NCBI GenBank assembly: GCA_964016885.1
Contig: OZ024757.1
Coordinates: forward strand, 16,864,001 to 16,928,000
DNA length: 64,000 nt
Reading direction: 5' to 3'
DNA from: Eledone cirrhosa
Lineage: Eukaryota
How positions within the stretch are numbered: the first letter of the stretch is position 1; every line of letters begins with the position of its first letter. Of this stretch, positions 10,293 to 21,023 are shown one piece after another. The position numbers and the translations under genes were made by a program. The notes beneath the pieces are model-generated. The model did no database searches. It was not told the DNA's origin and worked only from the letters and a program-made list of their open reading frames with translations.

Positions 10293-10704
10293 TACGCATG
10301 CGCGTTGACGTCTAATGTTTTGGAGCATGCGTAGTTCTGTTTAGAAAAAATATGGCTGCTTAAGCATTTACGTGTTCTTCCAGCTTGTTGAAAAAAAATG
10401 TTAAAAACTAGGATTTTACCAGTTTTCTGCAGGTAAAGTAGAGCTTTATATTATGTTGAATAGTTTTATTGAAACATTGTATTTTTAGTTCCTTCTTAAT
10501 GTCAGCAAAAACTAATTTAAACAGTAGTTTTGTCTAGTTGCCGTAACCACGTGGTTGTACACACACCCTTGTTTTTCAATTACTTTTGGTAAAATTTATT
10601 TTTACGTTGGGCTGGGTATCTTGGTGAATGTTATTTTTAGTTCCCATCATAATATCCTCGTCTTCTGTTGTAAATTCGTTTTGTCATAGTCGCAATTATA
10701 GTTT
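10293..10704 (+). promoter_or_regulatory. candidate Pol II promoter/first exon, copy 2
   Basis: Close duplicate of 8331-8733 (cgcatgcgcgttgacgtctaatgttttggagcatgcgtag...; donor-like CAG|gtaaagt at 10433). The duplication is certain; the promoter function is inferred. Confidence 0.45.
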
Positions 10705-11230
10705 GGTGTTGGTGCACGGCTGCCCGATCGGTGCCTGTGGGAGTTGGTCTGCTGAGGCGCTAAATGTTCTAGTTGTCGGCGGCATGCAGGCGCACGCTTA
10801 AATTACTTCATACTCTTCTCTTGTTTAGATAAAAAAAAATGAGCAATTTTGTATGATAAAACCAAACATAGGAACAGAATTTTATGAACGTTTTTTTATT
10901 GACAATGTATACATGACTTTCATAGTTTTTAATTTTTATTACAGATGGCCACGCCGGAACGGTGAAGGATTATAAAGCGTCTGTGTCCACGGAGAGTCAG
11001 AGCGGTGAAGGATAAAGCGTCTATTAATAAAAATAAAATCTATATATAAATTGTGTTCAAAGTACATGAATATTATTATTAATAAAAATAAATCCATAGT
11101 ATATACTAGTTGTGTTCAGTTATTTGTGTTGAGACCAAGAAGGGAAGTAACTCATTCAAAATCAAAGAATGTTAGAAAGGGAAGTAACTCATTTAAAGTA
11201 TCTAGTCTTGTAGATGAATTAACGAAAACA

Positions 11231-11925
11231 ATGTAAATGAAGTGTCGAAAAGAAACTATAAGAATGTAATTGAAGTGTCGAAAAAAGAAATTAAGTATGT
11301 AAATGAGGTGTAGATTAGAATACTAGATATTAAATAAAGATTATTATTTAACTTACGGTCAAGGGAGGTAATTAATATCCAAGGGCAGATAATTCACTAA
11401 GAATGTAAATGAAGTGTCGAAAAGAAACTAAGAATGTAAGTGAAGTGTCGAAAAAGGAAACTGAGAATGAAATTGAAGTGTCGAAAAAGGAAACTAAGAA
11501 TGTAAATGAAGTGTCGAAAGAACAAATTAAGAATGTAAGTGAAGTGTCGAAAAAAGAAATTAAGTATGTAAATGAGGTGTCGAAAAAAGAAATTAAGTAT
11601 GTAAATGAGGTGTCGAAAAAGGAAATTAAGAATGTAAATGAGGTGTCGAAAAAAGAAACTATAAGAATGTAAACAAGGTGTCGAAAAAAGAAATTAAGTA
11701 TGTAAATGAGGTGTCGAAAAAGGAAATTAAGAATGTAAATGAGGTGTCGAAAAAAGAAACTATAAGAATGTAAATGAGGTGTCGAAAAAAGAAATTAAGT
11801 ATGTAAATGAGGTGTCGAAAAAAGAAACTATAAGAATGTAAGTGAAGAGAAATTAAGTATGTAAATGAGGTGTCGAAAGAAGCTAAGAATGTAAACAGTC
11901 GAAAAAAAAATTGAGTATGTAAATG
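11231..11925. repeat. 33-bp A-rich minisatellite
   Basis: Unit taag(a/t)atgtaaatga(a/g)gtgtcgaaaaaagaaa(t/c). About 2.5 copies at 11231-11312 and about 16 at 11398-11925, with 35-bp variants. Confidence 0.95.
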
Positions 11926-12186
11926 TTAATACTATATATTAAATAAAGATTATTAGACTTACGGTCAAGGGAGGTAATATCCAAGGGCAGATAATTCACA
12001 ATTTTTTTTAGCAAAACATTCTTCAAGGTGGTCTGGGACGGGCCGTGCATCGATGTGCCAGCCCAGAATAGTCCCAGGCCCAGTTAGCAGTCGCACGCCA
12101 CTACGAAACGAACCTCAGTCACCTCGACTGGTAGTCCGAGACGCAGCTCGCGCGCCACCTAGAAGGCCGCAATTCTACTGAGTTAA

Positions 12187-13280
12187 ATAGTGGTACTTAT
12201 GGCTACTTTTGAAATTTTCTGTTTAAAAAAAAATAAACGAAACAAAGGGAGGTAATTCGGTATTCGGAATAACTATATTTTTACAAAAAAATTATTAGTG
12301 CATTGGTGGTATTGAGATGAGGCGGGATTCGATCTCTGGATTGCCTTTTTCTATGAAATTATATTCATTAAAGACATCGCTCACTAACAATTTTATGAAA
12401 ATATGTATTCCGAACCAATTACATCCATTCATTTCGTTTATAGATTTTTTTTCAAGGAATGATTACTTACCTCCGTATACACGACTATGCAGCTACCTTA
12501 ATGTAGGGTCTCCTACATGGTTTTTCACTCTCTACCCTGGGATTGACGAGCGTTTAGCTGACCCTAGGAGGCAACAAGAAAACCATACCTTAAAGCCGTT
12601 ACTTTCGCCCTCTAACCTTGCACTCTCTAGGGTTTAGCCTATGGGATTTATATGCATTAAGCACGGTTTTTCACTCTCTATCCTGGGATTGACGAGGGTT
12701 TAGCTGGCCCTAGGAGACTCTCTAGGGTAATAGGATTTATATGTACTAAACAAGGATTTTCACTCCATACCCTGGGATTGACGAGGGTTTAGCTGGCCCT
12801 AGGAGACTACGAGCAAACCATACCTTAAAGCCGTCACTTACACCCTCTAACCTTGCACTGTCTAGGGTTTAGCCTATAGGATTTATATGTACTAAACAAG
12901 GATTTTCACTCCATACCCTGGGATTGACGAGGGTTTATCTGGCCCTAGGAGACTACAAGGGCCGTCACTTACACCCTCTAACCTTGCACAGTCTAGGGTT
13001 TAGCCTATAGGATTCATATGTACTAAACATGGTTTTTCAACATCTACCCTGGGATTGACGAGGGTTTATCTGGCCCTAGGAGACTACAAGGGCCGTCACT
13101 TACACCCTCTAACCTTGCACAGTCTAGGGTTTAGCCTATAGGATTCATATGTACTAAACATGGTTTTTCAACATCTACCCTGGGATTGACGAGGGTTTAT
13201 CTGGCCCTAGGAGACTACAAGGGCCGTCACTTACACCTTCTAACCTTGCACAGTCTAGGGTTTAGCCTATAGGATTCATA
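12187..13280 (+). repeat. array-boundary segment duplicated 3706 bp downstream (15893-~16980)
   Basis: Unique atagtggtacttatggctac... flank plus the first monomers, including 131-bp deletion variants, recur. Identical ORFs at 12317 and 16023. Confidence 0.95.
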
Positions 13281-13694
13281 TGTACTAAACATGGTTTTTC
13301 AACATCTACCCTGGGATTGACGAGGGTTTATCTGGCCCTAGGACACTAGGACACTAGGACACTACAATCAAACCATACCTTAAAGCCGTTACTTACACCC
13401 TTTAACCTTGCACTGTCTAGGGTTTAGCCTATAGGATTTATATGTACTAAATAAGGACTTTCACTCTCTACCGTGGGATTGACGAGGGTTGAGCTGGCCC
13501 TATGAAACTATGAGCAAACCATACCTTAAAGCCGTTACTTACGCCCTCTAACTTTGTGCTCTCTAGAGTTTAGCCTATGGGATTTATATGTATTAAACAT
13601 GGTTTTTCACTCTCTACCCTGGGATTGACGAGGGTTTAGCTGGCCCTATGAAACTACGACCAAACCATACGTTAAAGCCGTCACTTACACCCTC

Positions 13695-14040
13695 TAGGAG
13701 AACCTACAAGTTAACTAAATCCTAAAACCGCCCGGCCGCCTAAACCTTGGTCACTAGAAGCTGAGAGGGCTATAGATACCGTCTCCTATGGCCAGTTAAA
13801 CACTGGTCAATACCCAGCTTTTGCGTGTATACGCCCCATATGATCCTATAGAAAGTATGCTATCTAAAACTGCTTCTTTTGCCCTCTAACTTGGCATTAA
13901 CTATAGTTTATCTGGAGAACCTACAAGTTAACAACACCCTAAAACAGTTACTTTCGCCCTCTATACTTTTATCTAGCCATAGGAGATCGTATGGGATTTA
14001 CATGTACAAAACATGGTTTTTCACTCTCTACCAGGTTTAG
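13695..14040 (+). repeat. ~345-bp interrupting block in the satellite (first of 7 stand-alone copies)
   Basis: taggagaacctacaagttaac...gtcactagaagctgagagggctatagataccgtctcc...ctctctaccaggtttagc at ~13695, 18908, 28221, 30271, 32194, 34118 and 47281. It also forms the 3' third of the long interruptions. Confidence 0.95.
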
Positions 14041-17000
14041 CTGGCCCCAGGAGACTACAAGCAAACCATACCTTAAAGCCGTTACTTAGACCCTTTAACC
14101 TTGCACTGTCTAGGGTTTAGCCTATAGGATTGATATGTACTAAACATGGATTTTCACTCTCTACTGTGCGATTGACGAGGGTTGAGCTGACCCTAGGACA
14201 CTACAATCAAACCATACCTTAAAGCCGTTACTTACACCCTTTAACCTTGCACTGTCTAGGGTTTAGCCTATAGGATTTATATGTACTAAACAAGGATTTT
14301 CACTCTCTACCGTGGGATTGACGAGGGTTGAGCTGACACTACAATCAAACCATACCTTAAAGCCGTTACTTACACCCTTTAAGCTTGCACTGTCTAGGGT
14401 TTAGCCTATAGGATTTATATGTACTAAACAAGGATTTTCACTCCATACCCTGGGATTGACGAGGTGGCCTATGGGATTTATATGTACTAAACATGGATTT
14501 TCACTCTCTACCGTGGGATTGACGAGGGTTGAGCTGACCCTAGGACACTACAATCAAACCATACCTTAAAGCCGTCACTTACACCCTCTAATCTTGCACT
14601 GTCTAGGGTTTAGCCTATAGGATTTATATGTATTAAACATGGTTTTTCACTCGCTACCCTGGGATTGACGAGGGTTTAGCTGGCCCTAGGAGACTACAAG
14701 AAAACCATACCTTAAGGCCGTTACTTTCGCCCTCTAACTTTGTACTCTCTAGGGTTTGGCCTATGGGATTTATATGCATGGTTTTTCAATATCTACCCTG
14801 GGATTGATGAGGGTTTAGCTGGCCGTAGGACACTACGAGCAAACCATACCTGAAAGCCGTCACTTACACCCTCTAACCTTGCACAGTCTAGGGTTCAGCC
14901 TATAGGATTTATATGTACTAAACATGGTTTTTCAACATCTACCCTGGGATTGACGAGGGTTTAGCTGGCCCTAGGAGACTACAAGCAAACCATACCTTAA
15001 AGCCGTTACTTTCGCCCTCTAACTTTGTGTTCTCTATAGTTTGGCCTATAGGATTTATATGTACTAAACATGGTTTTTCAACATCTACCCTGGGATTGAC
15101 GAGGGTGTAGCTGGCCCTAGGAGACTACAAGGGAACCATACCTTAAAGCCGTCACTTACACCCTCTAACCTTGCAATGTCTAGGGTTTAGCCTATAGGAT
15201 TTATATGTACTAAACATGGTTTATCAATATCTACCCTGGGATTGACGAAGGTTTAGCTGGCCCTAGGAGACTACAATCAAACCATACCTTAAAGCCGTTA
15301 CTTTCGCCCTCTAACTTTATACTCTCTAGGGTTTGGCCTATGGGATTTATATGCAAGGTTTTTCAATATCTACCCTGGGATTGATGAGGGTTTAGCTGGG
15401 CCTAGGAGACTACAAGGGAACCATACCTTAAAGCCGTCACTTACACCCTCTAACCTTGCACTGTCTAGGGTTTAGCCTATAGGATTTATATGTACTAAAC
15501 ATGGTTTTTCACTCTCTACCCTGGGATTGACGAAAGTTTAGCTGGCCCTAGGATACTACAAGCAAACCATACCTTAAAGCCGTCACTTACACCCTCTAAC
15601 CTTGCACAGTCTAGGGTTCAGCCTATAGGATTTATATGTACTAAACATGTTTTTTTAATATCTACCGTGGGATTGATGAGGGTGTAGCTGACCCTAGGAG
15701 GCAACAAGAAAACCATACCTTAAAGCCGTTACTTTCGCCCTCTAACTTTATACTCTCTAGGGTTTGGCCTATGGGATTTATATGCAAGGTTTTTCAATAT
15801 CTACCCTGGGATTGATGAGGGTTTAGCTGGGCCTGGGAGACTACAAGGGAACCATACCTTAAAGCCGTCACTTACACTCTCTAACCTTGCACATAGTGGT
15901 ACTTATGGCTACTTTTGAAATTTTCTGTTTAAAAAAAAATAAACGAAACAAAGGGAGGTAATTCGGTATTCGGAATAACTATATTTTTACAAAAAAATTA
16001 TTAGTGCATTGGTGGTATTGAGATGAGGCGGGATTCGATCTCTGGATTGCCTTTTTCTATGAAATTATATTCATTAAAGACATCGCTCACTAACAATTTT
16101 ATGAAAATATGTATTCCGAACCAATTACATCCATTCATTTCGTTTATAGATTTTTTTTCAAGGAATGATTACTTACCTCCGTATACACGACTATGCAGCT
16201 ACCTTAATGTAGGGTCTCCTACATGGTTTTTCACTCTCTACCCTGGGATTGACGAGCGTTTAGCTGACCCTAGGAGGCAACAAGAAAACCATACCTTAAA
16301 GCCGTTACTTTCGCCCTCTAACCTTGCACTCTCTAGGGTTTAGCCTATGGGATTTATATGCATTAAGCACGGTTTTTCACTCTCTATCCTGGGATTGACG
16401 AGGGTTTAGCTGGCCCTAGGAGACTCTCTAGGGTAATAGGATTTATATGTACTAAACAAGGATTTTCACTCCATACCCTGGGATTGACGAGGGTTTAGCT
16501 GGCCCTAGGAGACTACGAGCAAACCATACCTTAAAGCCGTCACTTACACCCTCTAACCTTGCACTGTCTAGGGTTTAGCCTATAGGATTTATATGTACTA
16601 AACAAGGATTTTCACGCCATACCCTGGGATTGACGAGGGTTTATCTGGCCCTAGGAGACTACAAGGGCCGTCACTTACACCCTCTAACCTTGCACAGTCT
16701 AGGGTTTAGCCTATAGGATTCATATGTACTAAACATGGTTTTTCAACATCTACCCTGGGATTGACGAGGGTTTATCTGGCCCTAGGAGACTACAAGGGCC
16801 GTCACTTACACCCTCTAACCTTGCACAGTCTAGGGTTTAGCCTATAGGATTCATATGTACTAAACATGGTTTTTCAACATCTACCCTGGGATTGACGAGG
16901 GTTTATCTGGCCCTAGGAGACTACAAGGGCCGTCACTTACACCTTCTAACCTTGCACAGTCTAGGGTTTAGCCTATAGGATTTATATGTACTAAACAAGG

Positions 17001-20000
17001 ATTTTCACTCTCTACCGTGGGATTGACGAGGGTTGAGCTGACCCTAGGACACTACAATCAAACCATACCTTAAAGCCGTTACTTACACCCTTTAACCTTG
17101 CACTGTCTAGGGTTTAGCCTATAGGATTTATATGTACTAAACAAGGATTTTCACTCTCTACCGTGGGATTGACGAGGGTTGAGCTGACCCTAGGACACTA
17201 CAATCAAACCATACCTTAAAGACGTTACTTACACCCTTTAACCTTGCACTGTCTAGGGTTTAGCCTATAGGATTTATATGTACTAAACAAGGATTTTCAC
17301 TCTCTACCGTGGGATTGACGAGGGTTGAGCTGACCCTAGGACACTACAATCAAACCATACCTTAAAGCCGTTACTTACACCCTTTAAGCTTGCACTGTCT
17401 AGGGTTTAGCCTATAGGATTTATATGTACTAAACAAGGATTTTCACTCTCTACCGTGGGATTGACGAGGGTTGAGCTGACCCTAGGACACTACAATCAAA
17501 CCATACCTTAAAGCCGTTACTTACACCCTTTAAGCTTGCACTGTCTAGGGTTTAGCCTATAGGATTTATATGTACTAAACAAGGATTTTCACTCTCTACC
17601 GTGGGATTGACGAGGGTTGAGCTGACCCTAGGACACTACAATCAAACCATACCTTAAAGCCGTTACTTACACCCTTTAACTTTGCACTGTCTAGGGTTTA
17701 GCCTATAGGATTTATATGTACTAAACAAGGATTTTCACTCCATACCCTGGGATTGACGAGGTGGCCTATGGGATTTATATGTACTAAACATGGATTTTCA
17801 CTCTCTAACGTGGGATTGACGAGGGTTGAGCTGACCCTAGGACACTACAATCAAACCATACCTTAAAGCCGTCACTGACACCCTCTAACCTTGCACTGTC
17901 TAGGGTTTAGCCTATAGGATTTATATGTATTAAACATGGTTTTTCACTCGCTACCCTGGGATTGACGAGAGTTTAGCTGGCCCTATGAAACTATGAGCAA
18001 ACCATACCTTAAAGCCGTTACTTACGCCCTCTAACTTTGTGCTCTCTAGGGTTTAGCCTATGGGATTTATATGTATTAAACATGGTTTTTCACTCTCTAC
18101 CCTGGGATTGACGAGGGTTTAGCTGGCCCTAGGAAACTACGACCAAACCATACCTTAAAGCCGTTACTTTCGCCCTCTAACCTTGCGCTGTCTAGGGTTT
18201 AGCCTATAGGATTTATATGTACTAAACAAGGATTTTCACTCCATACCCTGGGATTGACGAGGGTTTAGCTGGCCCTAGGACACTACAATCAAACCATACC
18301 TTAAAGCCGTTACTTACACCCTCTAACTTTGTACTCTCTAGGGTTTGGCCTATGGGATTTATATGTACTAAACATGGCTTTTCACTCGCTACCCTGGGAT
18401 TGACGAGGGTTTAGCTGACCCTAGGACACTACAAGCAAACCATACCTTCAAGCCGTTACTTTCGCCCTCTAACCTTGCGCTGTCTAGGGTTTAGCCTATA
18501 GGATTTATATGTACTAAACAAGGATTTTCACTCCATACCCTGGGATTGACGAGGGTTTAGCTGGCCCTAGGACACTACAATCAAACCATACCTTAAAGCC
18601 GTTACTTACACCCTCTAACTTTGTACTCTCTAGGGTTTGGCCTATGGGATTTATATGTACTAAACATGGCTTTTCACTCGCTACCCTGGGATTGACGAGG
18701 GTTTAGCTGACCCTAGGACACTACAAGCAAACCATACCTTAAAGCTGTTACTTACGCCCTCTAACTTTGTGCTCTCTAGGGTTTAGCCTATGGGATTTAT
18801 ATGTATTAAACATGGTTTTTCACTGTCTACCCTGGGATTGACGAGGGTTTAGCTGGCCCTAGGAAACTACGACCAAACCATACCTTAAAGCCGTCACTTA
18901 CACCCTCTAGGAGAACCTACAAGTTAACTAAATCCTAAAACCGCCAGGCCGCCTAAACCTTGGTCACTAGAAGCTGAGAGGGCTATAGATACCGTCTCCT
19001 ATGGCCAGTTAAACACTGGTCAATACCCAGCTTTTGCGTGTATACGCCCCATATGATCCTATAGAAAGTATACTGTCTAAAACTGCTTCTTTTGCCCTGT
19101 AACTTGGCATTAACTATAGTTTATCTGGAGAACCTACAAGTTAACAACACCCTAAAATAGTTACTTTCGCCCTCTATACTTTTATCTAGCCATAGGAGAT
19201 CGTATGGGATTTACATGTACAAAACATGGTTTTTCACTCTCTACCAGGTTTAGCTGGCCCCAGGAGACTACAAGCAAACCATACCTTAAAGGCGTCACTT
19301 ACACCCTCTAAACTTGCACTGTCTAGGGTTTAGCCTATAGGATTTATATGTACTAAACATGGTTTTTCACTCTCTACTCTGGGATTGACGAGGGGTAGCT
19401 GGCCCTATGAAACTACAAGCAAACCATACCTTAAAGCCGTCACTTACACCCTCTATCCTTGCACTGTCTAGGGTTTAGCCTATAGGATTGATATGTACTA
19501 AACATGGATTTTCACTCTCTACCGTGGGATTGACGAGGGTTGAGCTGGCCCTAGGACACTACAATCAAACCATACCTTAAAGCCGTTACTTTCGCCCTCT
19601 AACCTTGCACTCTCTAGGGTTTGGCCTATGGGATTTATATGTACTAAACATGGTTTTTCACTGTCTACCCTGGGATTGACGAGGGTTTAGCTGGCCCCAG
19701 GAGACTACAAGCAAACCATACCTTAAAGCCGTCACTTACACCCTCTAACCTTGCACTGTCTAGGGTTTAGCCTATAGGATTGATATGTACTAAACATGGA
19801 TTTTCACTCTCTACCGTGGGATTGACGAGGGTTGAGCTGGCCCTAGGACACTACAATCAAACCATACCTTAAAGCCGTTACTTTCGCCCTCTAACCTTGC
19901 ACTCTCTAGGGTTTGGCCTATGGGATTTATATGTACTAAACATGGTTTTTCACTGTCTACCGTGGGATTGACGAGGGTTGAGCTGACCCTAGGACACTAC

Positions 20001-21023
20001 GAGCAAACCATACCTTAAAGCCGTCACTTACACCCTCTAACCTTGCACTCTCTAGGGTTTGGCCTATGGGATTTATATGTACTAAACATGGTTTTTCACT
20101 CTCTACCCTGGGATTGACGAGGGTTTAGCTGGCCCCAGGAGACTACAAGCAAACCATACCTTAAAGCCGTTACTTACACCCTTTAACCTTGCACTGTCTA
20201 GGGTTTAGCCTATAGGATTTATATGTACTAAACAAGGATTTTCACTCTCTACCGTGGGATTGACGAGGGTTGAGCTGACCCTAGGACACTACAATCAAAC
20301 CATACCTTAAAGCCGTTACTTACACCCTTTAACCTTGCACTGTCTAGGGTTTAGCCTATAGGATTTATATGTACTAAACAAGGATTTTCACTCCATACCC
20401 TGGGATTGACGAGGTGGCCTATGGGATTTATATGTACTAAACATGGATTTTCACTCTCTACCGTGGGATTGACGAGGGTTGAGCTGACCCTAGGACACTA
20501 CGAGCAAACCATACCTTAAAGCTGTCACTTACACCCTCTAACCTTGCACTGTCTAGGGTTTAGCCTATAGGATTGATATGTACTAAACATGGATTTTCAC
20601 TCTCTACCGTGGGATCGACGATGGTTGAGCTGACCCTAGGACACTACAATCATACCATACCTTAAAGCCGTCACTTACAACCTCTAACCTTGCACTGTCT
20701 AGGGTTTAGCCTATAGGATTTATATGTACTAAACATGGATTTTCAATATCTACTCTGGGCTTGACGAGGGTTTAGCTGGCCCTAGGAGACTACAAGCAAA
20801 CCACCTCTTAAAGCCGTCACTTACAGCCTCTAACCTTGCACTGTCTAGGGTTTAGCCTATAGGATTTATATGTACTAAATATGGTTTTTTAATATCTACC
20901 CTGGGATTGACGAGGGTTTAGCTGGCCCTAGGACACAAGCAAACCATACCTTAAAGCCGTCACTTACACCCTCTAACCTTGCACTGTCTAGAGTTTAGCC
21001 TAACCTTACACTGTCTAGGGTTT

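Noticed and set aside
11409-11672. Lys/Glu-rich 11-aa repeat ORF (coiled-coil-like)
   Set aside because: Product of the 33-bp minisatellite. The 35-bp variant units break the frame, and there is no splice context.
12095-12145. Hammerhead-like pieces (actac-gaaac ... ctg-gtagt); also gaaacgtc-like words at ~9225, 9376 and 9850
   Set aside because: The CUGANGA core is absent and stems I/III cannot be formed.
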